Part shown: positions 38,301 through 50,500 of the stretch, in pieces
Layout: every line of letters begins with the position of its first letter
Position numbering within the stretch: the first letter of the stretch is position 1
NCBI GenBank assembly: GCA_010909165.1
Contig: VJWM01000317.1
Coordinates: 1 to 64,000, forward strand
DNA length: 64,000 nt
Direction: 5' to 3'
Source: Anthoceros angustus
Lineage: Eukaryota; Plantae; Anthocerotophyta
Notes under the pieces: model-generated
Database searches by the model: none
What the model was told of the DNA's origin: nothing
The model's input: only the letters and a program-made list of their open reading frames with translations
Program-made: the position numbers and the translations under genes

Positions 38301-38832
38301 CGCACTTCCTGACCCTGTGCAGAAGGCGAGTTGGAATTAATGAGCCAGAATTGGTGTTAGAGTAGGAGATTGTGGAGGAAGGAAGGGGTAGATGAGTAGA
38401 GAAGAAGAGGGCGTTGTTGATTGAGAGAGTGAGGAGGATTAGAGTGTAGGAAAAACTAAGGCCACAGTGCAGAGCCTAAGGGACGAATCCCAACTGCAAG
38501 TAAGAGGGCGCCCTGTGTGGAGAAGAGTGTCTTAGGAGTAGGGACGGTTATGTGTGGGTCGGGGTCCTGGCGCCCGTGATAGACACCTGTCATAAGACGA
38601 ACTGCAATTGTGTGGTGTCACAGGTTGAGGTTTGGTGAGTTTACGGGCAAGACGGCGCAGTAGAGGGAGCGTGAGAGGCGCCTTGCTTGTTTAGAAGGCG
38701 AGGTAGTGTAGTCACAGGTGACGGATTTCAAGATTCGACTGCCCCCAAGTCTCATGGGACGAAACCCAACGACGAAACGATGGGATAAGTGTACGCTAGA
38801 GGGGGGGAATCTTGAGTGGCTTTTCCTCCACA
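35396..38832 (+). mobile_element. Remainder of family A copy 2 (ORF2 C-terminal part, ORF3, PPT, 3' LTR 37797-38832)
   Basis: Resumes at TTATGC..GGGGCATGAAGGCT, within ~15 bp of where copy 2 stopped at 19970. The LTR ends TTTTCCTCCACA. Confidence 0.8.
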
Positions 38833-39725
38833 GGAGTTGGAGGAAGAAATGGCAAAGGAGAAAGGCCATGAGGCGGTGGTGCATATGTTGGCGGAGGGGA
38901 GGGGAGATTTCGGCTGATTATGCCCTACAAGAGAGATTGATCCGCCAACCGCAATGAGAGGATGAGAATGTGGTTCTCCATGTCAAGACCGGTGAGCTGG
39001 CCTTGGAGCGAGATGCTTACAAAAGCAAGTGTGAGCATGGAGTATGGCTTGAGGATTATGAAGAATTGGAGATGGCACAACAACGATTTGCAGCCCATCT
39101 TCACAACAAAGTGCTCAAGGCCACTAACGAGTTGTTGCGACTTGCTGAAAGGAGAATGTTGGGACCTCATGACGATGATAGGGAGGCCCTCATGCAAGTC
39201 CAACCGGAAGCCTTAGACTTGGAGAGTGTCCCAAGCAGGTGGAGAAACTTCGCACTGGAGAAGCAAGAAGGGAGAAGCTGCATTGTGGAGAGAATCACCC
39301 TGTGAAGGGGTAAGGAAGAAGAAACGACTGGAGGAACTCCTACCGTGGTAGGAGGAGTTCCTACCGTGGTAGGAGGGACTCACCGTGGTAGGAGAAGGTC
39401 CCACCATGGTAGGAGGGCCGGAAGAAGCATGATTCAAAGGTCGCTAGCATGGATTTGACGGGGAGGCGAGTACCTTGGCCCTTGTGAAGAAGGAAGAGGG
39501 GTTGATCTTGCGTGAATGGAGCAAGAATCACAAGGAGAAGACCAACCTCCCAACATGGGTGCAGAGTAAGGAGCTCACTTGCTCCACAAGTGAGAGGAAG
39601 AGGAGAAGTCGAGGATGAGCCACACTAAGAGAGCCCGGCTATTTTATTGGAGGAAGGAACTCAAGATAGGCATCAAGATAAGGAAGGGGATTCATAAGAA
39701 GTCCTTAAATTAGCTTGAAGACATG
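38833..39725 (+). mobile_element. Family A/B ORF3 end and 3' UTR: left flank of the DNA transposon
   Basis: Same sequence as 2480-3355. Stops at GAAGACATG and continues as CATGGGGCAAGATGCC at 53534. Confidence 0.88.
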
Positions 39726-39744
39726 AACACGATAATATTCATAC
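39726..39744 (+). repeat. Left terminal inverted repeat AACACGATAATATTCATAC
   Basis: Exact reverse complement of 53515-53533. An imperfect GAATAA match extends a few bases further inward. Confidence 0.95.
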
Positions 39745-40274
39745 CGGCGGAATAAACAGGAAGCGGCTTTTGCAATGAATAAACTGGAAACCGGCGGGAA
39801 CATGGGAACGAAACGCCTGATCCTGCCATTTTCCAAAAAAAATGCTTCAAAATTACGGTTGCTTTGTGCGAAGCCGGATAATGTCATGACATAGGCTGGA
39901 AAGGGATATACAACCTCGATGGGCACACATTTGCCTTGAAATAATGCCCATACATGACTTTTACATTGGTGGCGTGAAGAGGGCACGAGAGGCCTCTTGC
40001 TATTCATTCAAGACGTAAAGGGTATATGATTTTGGAAAAACCGCTTTTAATGAGGGAGTAATAACTATTGGAGATGACAATGAAAATTCAACATGCGCAA
40101 GTCCTGTTTCCATCTTCCAGAATCAAGACATGCAATTGCTTTCCATGCCTTTGGTGTGTGTTTTGTACCGCCGAGTCTCACCGCTTCATGGATGGGTGCT
40201 ATCAAAGAAAAACAATCGCAAGGGGAACAAAAGTCTCCGAAGAGTGAGGAGATTGACTTACCTTAGAGAGAACT

Positions 40275-41025
40275 TTTGGACGCATGGACTCGAAATTCCG
40301 CCTTGACAAACATCGAAACATATGGATATTGAACTGCGGGGAGGTATTGTCAATGGGCGCCGGCATGCCGCGCCTCCACTATCTATATTTTCTACAAACG
40401 GTAGAAACAAGTGACTTACCTTGGAGAACTCGTGGGCGCATGGCCCCGAAATGCCGTCCCGCCGACAAAGCGTTGTAACATATGCGGAGTGGCTGTAGGC
40501 GGTGTAAGCAGAGGCCGGCATGCAGCGCCTCCACCTTATGACAGAAACAAGTGACTTACCTTGGAAAGAACTAGGGACACATGGACCCGAAATGCCGTCC
40601 CATCCGACAAACGTTGAAACATATGAGGAGCGAATGCGGGCTAGGGTATTGTCGGAGGCGCATGCTGCCTCCACTATCTATATTTTCTACAAGCGAGAAA
40701 CAAGTGACTTACCTTGCAGAACTCGTGGACGCATGGCCCCGCCAAATGCCATCCCTTCAAAACGTTTAAACACATGAGGAGTGAATCAAGGGAGGCGGTG
40801 CATGCCGGCGCCCACCGCTTATACCGCTAAACGGTAGAAACAAGTGACTAACCTTGATGAACTAGGGAACACATGGACCATGAAATGCCATCCCATGTGA
40901 CAAATGTTCAAACATATTAGGAGTGAACTGCAAGCTAGGGTATTGTCAATGATGGCGCCATGCGGCGCCCACGGAATTTTGGAAGACAAGCGGTAGACCA
41001 CGTAAAAGCATGGACCCGAACGCCT
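40275..41025. repeat. Subterminal tandem array, ~140-150-bp unit, about 5-6 diverged copies
   Basis: AGAAACAAGTGACT recurs at ~40403, 40543, 40696, 40836. CATGG(A/C)CC.GAAATGCC recurs at ~40285, 40440, 40581, 40732, 40872. Confidence 0.85.
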
Positions 41026-41249
41026 TCATTACATAGCGACGTAAAAGCGTGCGACCGGTGTTCAGCCAACCTATCTAGTAATCGCCTCCGAGTATGAAAC
41101 TGGAAGCCAACATACGCTAACTCTATCGTGAAAACAAAACCCTAAAATCTCTAGTCTTGGGACATCGAATTCCTTCGTCAACCAAAGGACATCCATCATC
41201 CACTTCATGGTCATCCTCCTCTCCAGCGCAGATAAGGTCGCTTTGATTC

Positions 41250-44200
41250 ATTCTATCTCGAATAGCCTTCTTGTCGGAGCGTAAAGGTGCTTTCTTGCAT
41301 TGAGGTTGAACCCATAATAGAGAATAATAGTCTTATTCACAAATAGTTTCGAATGTTTTGGGTAAATTTCTCTTTCCCACTCTCTTCCCATTTCGCGATT
41401 GTCGATTGTCTGGTCCTCTAACAAAGAACTCCTCAACATATTTCCCTTCAAAAGCATCACTGTGCTCAGTCCTGTACCAGTGGACCATAAGAAATGGGTT
41501 CGCACAATCGAAGTCTACGCTTTCCACCTTCCCAATCCAGAAAGCCCTGTTATGTGTATCTCCTGAGCATGGAGTTGCAATGAACATGCCCTTCCTTATC
41601 TCTTTGACATCTCCATTCATCCTTTCTATTTCTTGATGTTGTCGACTTGCATTCTGGTGAGCTCCCAAATACATATCCCGTTGAGGAACTTCTCTTAGTA
41701 ATGCTTCATCAAGCACAACCTCCTCCGGCACTTGAAGTGGCGGCATGTGCCTCCACCTCTTCTCTGTACCACCTCCACGGTTGTTTAAGCACTAGAGCAA
41801 TATTGTTCTCCACAATAGTGGCAATTCCTTCCTGGTCGACCCAAAACAACCTCCACCACACCCTCTCCGATGGCGTGATATACGTCGCCAAGTTCAGTAA
41901 GCCATGCTTCAAGTGCGCCACACCTGCCGTTGGTGAAAGACCTCCATCTTGACCCTTTTTGTCTCTCGCCTTCAGCGGCATGAGGGGAGTGGGGCGTACG
42001 GTGGTTGATGGAACAAATTTCAAAAATTCCAAACCATCTTCTGATTCCCATTGAGGGGATGTTGAGTACTGCTTACTTCGAATGACCGTAACTTGACCTC
42101 GGTCCTGTCGTTCCTCTCTCGTGATTTTAAATTGATGTTGGAAGGAAAGATTATTCAAGCGTTCAGCCGCCTTGTATGCATATCCTCTCGTCCCTTCTTA
42201 ATGGGCCATACATAAGACCAATCACCACCTCTGTTATTACTTTAACTTCCGTTGGGGTGAAAGCCTGTCAAAATCTCCGAAAGTGTATCAATAGTAAACG
42301 CTTCTTTGTGCCTAAGAAGCTTGAGAAACAAGAAAACATTTGATCAACGATCATGGGTATGACCAACCAATAGGAACCCAACCTTTATTTTAACACACGA
42401 AGGTCGATGAGCATATTTAGATGCGAATAGTAGCTGGTTCTTGTTCTCGCAAGTATTATCAAGTGAGGTAAAGAACTTTAGGAAGCACCCTTCGTAAGAA
42501 AATATGACATCCTGAATTATATGGATAGTGAGATTGGCGTCGTTGTGCAGATTAGCGTAGTGTAAATATGCCCTGGCCTTGAAAGTGTAATTATGTATCA
42601 TACATCCCACCACATGAACATTAATAAGTGATGCCTCTGCCAACTCTTTGGGATAACGGAGGAAATGAGGGAGCTCTGTCTTCTTCTGGTCCATGCCATC
42701 GATAGCAAGCTGCATATACTTGTGGGGCTGACTATAACTTTTGGACCGATGTTTTGCTGCTTTGTCTCTCTCATTGCTTAGTCGCACCCTGTGTGATGCC
42801 AAAGCTCCTTCGTAAACCTCTGCAAAAATGGAGCGACAGTATTATATCAGACAGTATTGTTGCACAACGTCTACACTAACATGAACATGGGTGCGTTAAT
42901 CTCTCGGGGCGGCATGCACCCCCCGGACCGACATGCGGAAAAGCTTTGGGGGCACACCGCCTCGGCGCCCAGGCGCAGGCCGGCGGCCGCCCTGCATGTC
43001 TTGAAGGGTCTGGGCCCCGGTACAATGGAAGCACTCTTCCGCCTACAGCAACCTATGTGAGTCTTGCACATTGGTATCTACATTGCCACACCTCTGCGAC
43101 AAGCGAGGCGCAAGCCAGGTGGCCCACCTTTTAAGAAGCCACATATGCATATACACTACAGGACATGTAAGCAGGCGTCATGCATCCTTCCAAAATGGTT
43201 CTTAGAAACTATGCACATCCCGGCAGGATATGAAGAACAAACCTTGGTACGCTTTCTGGAAGTGTTCCGGATGGTGCGCTTGATCCTTCACATAAAGAGC
43301 AAGTGGAAAACCTATTAGACTTTGGAATCCTAACCTTGGGAAGTTGGTCCTCCAGGGTCGGAAAATAGGGATAGACACGAGCGCATACTAGACCGTGTCA
43401 TATCCGGCGATCTGGCCCGGATCTCCAACTTTGAGAGGTGGAACACATCAACGTTTGGCAGCCTTTCCGCCTTGAAAGTGTAATTATGTATCATACATCC
43501 CACCACATGAACATTAATAAGTGATGCCTCCCAACTCTTTGGGATAACGGAGGAAATGAGGGAGCTCTGTCTTCTTGGTCCATGCCATCGATAGCAAGTC
43601 GCATATACTTGTGGGGCTGACTATAACTTTTGGACCGATGTTTTGCTTTGTCTCTCATTGCTTAGTCGCACTGTGATGCCAAAGCTCCTTCGTAAACCTC
43701 TGCAAAAATGGAGACGACACAGTATTATATCGAGACAGTATTGTTGCACAACGTCTACACTAACATGAACATGGGTGCGTTAATCTCGGGGGGCGCGGCA
43801 TGCGGCCTCCCGGACCGACATGCGGAAAAGCTTTGGGGGCACGGCCTCCGCCCGAGGCGCTTTGAGGGGGTCGCGGCTGCCGTGGCCGTGCATGTCTTGA
43901 AGGGTCTGGGACAATGGAAGCACTCTTCCGCCTACACCAACCTATGTGAGTCTTGCACATTGGTATCTACACACCTCTGCGACAAGCGGGGCGCAGCCGG
44001 TGGCCCACCTTTTTGAAGCCACATATGCATATACACTCACTTGCAGACATGTAAGCAGGCGATCATGCATCCTTCCATAAAATGGTTCTTAGAAACTATG
44101 CACATCCCAGCGGATATGAAGAACAAACCTTGGTGCCTGCGGAAGTGTTCGGATGGTGCGCTTGATCCTTCACATAAAGAGCAAGTGGAAAACCTATTAG

Positions 44201-47200
44201 ACTTTGGAATCCTAACCTTGAAGTTGGTCCTCCGAGGGTCGAAAGGATAGGGACAGGCGCATACTAGACCGTGTCATATCCGGATCTGGAGATCTCCAAC
44301 TTTGAGAACGTGTCCGGTGGAACACTGGAACACATCAACGTTTGGCAGCCTTTCCGCCATCTTGGCGTATCCATCCGCAGCGGCTCCCGGTGTGTAGATG
44401 GTTGTCGCGGATTCACTCTTGACCCATCCACGGTGCATTGCATAACACCACCTCTTCAACTCCTCGTACCTCTCGAGCCGATGCGGTATACTCTTGAAAA
44501 GCTTGCAAACAACACCGAATCGCGTCGCCCCATTATATGCGTGATGACCTTGTCCTTTTACGGTGGCACTAAGTCCACGACCGGAGGGATCAAGAAATGT
44601 CTCTCTCGCCCTCCCCATTCGCGATAACGTTGCTCATGGAAATTGGCCTTAGACATTGGTGGGCGCATTGCTTGTTGCGGCATGGCTTCGGAAGTCCGGT
44701 GACAACGTCGGAGTCGCTCTTGACAAAGGAACTCCACTTGCCCGCCTTCTACGAACCACGGATTGCATGTCCGTGGCGCCACAAATGTTTCGCTCGGTGG
44801 TTTGGGGTGGAATGACCGTGCGTCGGGGCGGTCGCCTTCCTCTCTCACTAAAGGTGCATCGGCGAGGGTTTCGAGAACACCCTCCTTTCCTCAATTGGAA
44901 ACAAACCCCGGCCTTGGCAGTGCGTGGGAACTATTCGGTTCTTCATGGCGGCCGTACTAGGACTCCGCTCCACGGTGAATACAAATTGATGTTCCTTGGT
45001 GTTGAGGAACACCGAGAATCCTTGGTGAGGTCTGGACCCGCTTCCTCCAACCTTCATGCAAGCGCGGCATTTGGTGACGATCGGGGGGAACTGGCCTCTT
45101 ACAGTGTTGTTGGCATGCGTGAGGGAGAACTACCGCGAAATTAACATGACCATCTACTACCCACAAGCCATTTGGAGGCTGCGGTGTGTTGTGCGGCATC
45201 ATCGGACAGGAGGATCGGACGCATTCAATCTTGCATTGCGTTTCCTTTTTCTTGCGGCGTCCGACTCTCGGTTGAAGCTGCGATGACAAGTCCTCCCTTC
45301 ACCGCAACATGAAAGCGAAGTTTAGGCGGGAAGAACATCAAGGAACATTATTGCATGGAGTGCATTGGATACAACAAATATCGCTCACTTCACCGTCCAT
45401 GCGGTGAGTCTCTGTAACATTCGCAGGCGATGCCACTTCACCCACGACACAAAGCAAGTGTGTTCTCCTGCAGAAAAGGGAAATATAACGTCAAGCCACC
45501 AACTTCAACGTCACCGCACGAGAAAGGCTGCGCTCAATGCACAAGTTCTAGACCTATAACGGCAAACAATCGGTGCCATCGTAATGGCGCCGCCTCCGCC
45601 AAAGCGACACCACCATTAAGAGGTGTAGTTAGGACATTGTCCTAAAATGGAATTTATGCATTATATGCGTTCGCGAATCCATGGAGGTTACGGTGAGAAG
45701 CAAATGAAGGGAACCCTAACTTCTTGTCGCGTATAAGGTCTTTAAAACCATTTCCCCACACTTGTCCACACGAAGCGGGCTTTCGTCCCCTTCAACTTTG
45801 TGGCTGCAGCGGACTCCTGCGGCGGGCGAGAGGGAGTGATTCAACGCTTGCGGTGGCATGCGTGAGGACGAACTACACGAAATTAACACGCGACCATCTA
45901 CTACCCACAAGCCATTTGGAGGCTGCGGTGTGTTGTGCGGCATCATCGGGGCGGAGGATCGGACGCATTCAATCTTGCATTGCGTTTCCTTTTTCTTGCG
46001 TCCTCTCGGTTGAAGCTGCGATGACAAGTCCTCCCTTCGCAACATGAAAGCGAAGTTTAGGGAGAAGAACATCAAGGAACATTATTGCATGGAGTGCATT
46101 GGATACAACAAATATCGCTCACTTCATCCATGTGAGTCTCTGTAACATTCCGCGGCGATGCCACTTCACCCGACACAAGCGAAAGTGTGTTCTCCTGCGG
46201 AAAAGGGAAATATAACGTCAAGCCACCAACTTCAACGTCACCCGCGCACACGAGAAAGTGGCGCTCAATGCACAAGTTCTAGACCTATAACGGCAAACAA
46301 TCGGTGCGCCATCGTAATGGCGCCGCCTCCGCCAAAGCGACACCACCATTAAGAGGTGTAGTTAGGACATTGTCCTAAAATGGAATTTATGCATTATATG
46401 CGTTCGCGAATCCATGGAGGTTACGGTGAGAAGCGGGCAAATGAAGGGGAACCCTAACTTCTTGTCGGGCGTATAAGGTCTTTTAAAACCATTTCCCCAC
46501 ACTTGTCCACACGAAGCGGGCTTTCGTCCCCTTCAACTTTGTGGCTGCAGCGGACTCCTGCGGCGGGCGAGAGGGAGTGATTCAACGCTTGCGGTGGCAT
46601 GCGTGAGGGCGAACTACACGCATGCTGCGACCATCTACTACAAGCCATTTGGAGGCTGCGGTGTGTTGTGCGGCATCATCGGACAGGAGGATCGGACGCA
46701 TTCAATCTTGCAGCGTTCCTTTTTCTTGCAGCGTCCGACTCTCGGTTGAAGCTGCGATGACAAGTCCTCCCTTCACCGCAACATGAAAGCGAAGTTTAGT
46801 GGGAGAAGAACATCAAGGAACATTATTGCATGGGTGCATTGGATACAACAAAGATCGCTCACTTCAGCATCCATGCGGTGAGTCTCTGTAACATTCGCGG
46901 ACGATGCCACTTCACCCGACACAAGCGAAAGTGTGTTCTCCTGCGAAAAGGGAAATATAACGTCCAAGCCACCAACTTCAACGCCACCCAACGCAGAAAA
47001 GGCGCCGCCGCTCAATGCACAAGTTCTAGACCTATAACGGCAAACAATCGATTGCACGCCATCGTAATGGCGCCGCCTCCAAAGCGACACCACCATTAAG
47101 AGGTGTAGTTAGGACATTGTCCTAAAATGGAATTTATGCATTATGTACGTTCGCGAATCCATGGAGGTTACGGCTGAGAAGCAAATGAAGGGGAACCCTA

Positions 47201-47385
47201 ACTTCTTGTCCGGGCGTATAAGGTCTTTTAAAACCATTTCCCCACACTGTCCACAGGCACGAAACGGGCTTTACGTCCCCTTCAACTTTGTGACTGCAGC
47301 TGCGGACTCCTGCGAGCGGGCGAGAAGAGGGAGTGATTCAACGCTTGCCAGTGGATGCGCGTAGGGCCTTTGAGGATCATCCCCA
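41250..47385 (-). CDS. Sola-superfamily-like DDE transposase, multi-exon, frameshifted and partly duplicated as assembled
   Basis: LAIDGMDQKKTELPHF (42686-42703), LDNTCENKN (~42437-42460), FLLVGHTH.DVDQMFSCFS (~42320-42380, one frameshift), YAKMAERLPN upstream. C-terminal SFQHQFKI and FWIGKV..VHWY segments. Intron acceptor TTTTGCAG near 42820. The start position and Sola subgroup are uncertain. Confidence 0.78.
42576..44358. repeat. Tandem duplication (~0.89 kb x2) inside the transposase gene
   Basis: 42579-43471 is repeated at 43472-44358. Junction microhomology GCC. Confidence 0.88.
45112..47353. repeat. Tandem triplication (~0.74 kb x3) in the transposase 5' region
   Basis: Units start at GGCATGCGTGAG at 45112, 45855 and 46596. 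Confidence 0.9.
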
Positions 47386-47504
47386 CGCAAGGAAGGAGGT
47401 GTTCTTCTCCCCAATTCGTTGCTTTCCACCTCGCAAAGTGAGAACTCTAATACGTATGCTTTCAGTTGGTTGATGCGCGTCCGCGTTCCTTGTGGCAGGA
47501 AATC

Positions 47505-50500
47505 ATGGCATCGGGGAGGGCTCTCCGGAGCAAGAAGGACCTAGCGGCGCCTACGCTTGAACCACCTTCCGAGATTGCGGCGGAAGAAACCAAGAAGAAG
47601 GCGACTCGGAGGCGGGCGGAGGAAGTCGCGGATATGGCGGCGGCCGACAAGGGTGGTGGCGGCCAGGCGCCGCGGCAACAGCATCGCTGAGGCGGTAAGG
47701 ATGTGGGTGGGCGGCGAAATCGAGCTCGGGAATTCAGCAAAAGCCAGCAACACAGGAGGCGAGGCGGGCCACGAAAGACAAGGAGGCTTGAAGGGGAAGA
47801 AAGCAACCCGATCCTGTGCCTTCGCCATACAACTTGGAAGAAACTATGCTCATCGGGCGCGACTAACTCAATCGATGCGATAATTGTCTAGGGAAGGAGT
47901 GGTTTTTTACCAGGCGGGCGGATGATCTTGACCATATGGACACATACAGTGGTTCTGAGGTTTGGACCAGCTAAGCCAAATCGGTGAGCAAGAGTTGGCT
48001 GGGTTGTATGGGCAAGCTGGATTGTCGCAGGGCGAATTCGAGGTCCTCCTTACAACAAAGCCACACCAAGCTGGATGAAATTCGCCCGTGCGGAGGAGTT
48101 CAAGGTTATCACCGTGGGCCTTGGGATGTTCAAGCTTAAGAAGTGTTCCCGGATGTCGACAAGCGCCTTAGAGGCTAAGCAGAATCAACACGTATGGACG
48201 GTTGGCTAACATTGTTTTGTGCTTGAGCTGTGCTTTTCATTTCGCTTGTTGCTGCATGTAGCTGTGGGTTGGCTTATGAGTTTTGTGTGTCAACAGGCTG
48301 GGAGGGCTTTCTATAAGCAACTGTTTGCTTTTCTCACACAGTCTATCGTGGACCACCGGAGAGAAATGAGCATCGGCGAACCAGGCAGCCCTCCCAAAAT
48401 CACGACGAGGACCTCTCGGGCTCGGAGGAAGAGGCTGGGCCCGAAGATGAGCATGATGGACCATTGCCCGACATCCTTGGACAATCCGGCGAAGATGATG
48501 GAAGAAGCGGGGATGACTTGGAAACCGAGGTTAGAGATGCGATTAATAATGGATTATGACATGCCTCGACTCTATGCTTGTGCCCCAGTCCCTTATAACC
48601 CGCCACAGTGAGCGCGGCATCTTGCGCCCGACTCCATTCAGGTGTGGGTCCGCCAACCCCTCGGCCGGGCATGGGTATGGATGTGGCGGGGAGCAAGGAA
48701 GAGGAGGGCGGCATGCGGCGCCTACGTGCGGTGTGGAGTCCTCCCAACCCCCATGCAGGCATGTTTATGGATGTGGCAGGAGCAAGGGAAGGGGTGGGCG
48801 CCGGCATGCCGGCGGCCCGACTCCTCATCCCACAGCAGGCGCCACCCTTCTACTATACCAGGTGCTATGAGAGCTATCGACCCAGCCGTTGGATTGTCGG
48901 GAGGGGCTGGAGGAAAGGCAAACGAAAGCGCACCAGGAACAGCAACCCGAACACGACACCCAAGTCCAGATGCAGCTGGTAATTTGTTGGCAGGCAACGA
49001 GCTAGTCATTTCCGATACAAGGCCGGGATCTGGAAAGAGGAAACAGAGTGCTGATGCAAGAGGATCTGAGCGCGAACGAGAGAGTTTGGAGCCCGAACAT
49101 GGTAAAATACGGAAGAAAGCAAAGACTACGAACTATGTCACCAGAGAGACATTCCCAGTGCACCTTTCAGATGAAGAGAGGTTGGAATCTTCCTTCCACG
49201 AGGAGGACTACCTCACCCGAATTCGAGATCAGCTATGTCACGAAGAAGGTGGTCCGGAGGCTGTCTGGTGAAGCTGGAGAATCTGCGGCTGCCTCTTATC
49301 TAACCCGGATCATGATTCGGCGTGTGGATGAAGCGTGGACTAATTATCCGCTCGCGTGATTGGAAAGGGCCGAGTTGAGGAGGGCGTATTGCCTTTGTGC
49401 ATGATTGATCCCAAGGAGTGTGATGATCTAGAGGACTGGTGGAAAAATTCGGGCAAAGAAATACATCATGGGTGTGTTAGGCGGGAACCACACATTTGCG
49501 GCAATGCAACATTTGGCGGACATATCACCGATGAAAGAGCGTTTCAAATGGATAGAGGCACATGTGTATTGTGGGCGACCCACCAGAAATGAGGGTTTTG
49601 GCGGTGATCACAATACAATGTCGACAAGCGGAAGATGTCGTTCATAGAGCAAGTAAGATATCTCGAGATGAGCGCTTATAGCCAAGCGGGATGGCGTGCA
49701 TATGTCCATGAATTGGAAGTTCAACTGTATAAGGTATTGGGTCTTATCGAAGATGATGAAGGACGGAAGATGATGCCTACAAAGCAGAACAAGGTTGACA
49801 ACGGGGCGCACATCTTGTGCATAGCGAAGTTGGAAGGAAGGGTATGGGAGAATGTGGACAAAATTTTTGCAAAGTGGGAGGCTTGTGACTTGCGGACGGA
49901 AGAAACATGTGGCGGATTGAGCAAAAGAGCAAAGGCAAGCGGAAGCGTGAAGAAAGCGAAACAAGTTGAGGGTATATTGGTGAAGCCCAAGGAGATGCAG
50001 ACAAAGCCATGGCGTTGCTTTCAAGGTATTCTGCGGGGAGGCGGGCAGCAAATGCTTATTAGTGCCAGAAAGTTCTCACGGCCTTATGGATTTGAAGGAA
50101 TGTCGGATGAAATTATATTGCGAAATTGCATATCATCCAAGTGGCCATGGCGAAGCACTTAGGATGTTCATCTTTTGAGATGGTGAGGCAAGAGTACCCA
50201 CAACATTCCACGAAGTAGTCGCGGGTTCAGGCTTTCGAGGGAAAGGTATGTTATCATACTCTCTTGTTTCTTAGAATCTTTATATGGTATGGGAGGAGGA
50301 GGAGGAGGGAGGCGCGGCATGCCGCCTCATGGGATGGCGCCGGCCTCGCCCGTCGAGGTTGGGTGGGGCGGCATGCCGCTCCTTCATCCCACAGCGCCAC
50401 CCTTCTACTATACCGGTGCTATGAGCTATCGGCCGTTGGATTGTCGGGAGGGCTGGAGGAAAGGCAAGCAGCGCACCGAGGCAGCACCCGAACACGACAC

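Noticed and set aside
39726-39745. CACTA/EnSpm, piggyBac or hAT assignment
   Set aside because: Termini are not CACT(A/G), the target is not TTAA, there is no 8-bp TSD, and the transposase motifs differ from those families.
39705-40007. 100-aa minus-strand ORF as a transposon gene
   Set aside because: It runs through the TIR into flanking Gypsy sequence and has no recognisable motif.
40275-41025. Possible CRISPR array
   Set aside because: Units are ~145-bp whole-unit diverged repeats without unique spacers. There are no cas genes and the context is eukaryotic.
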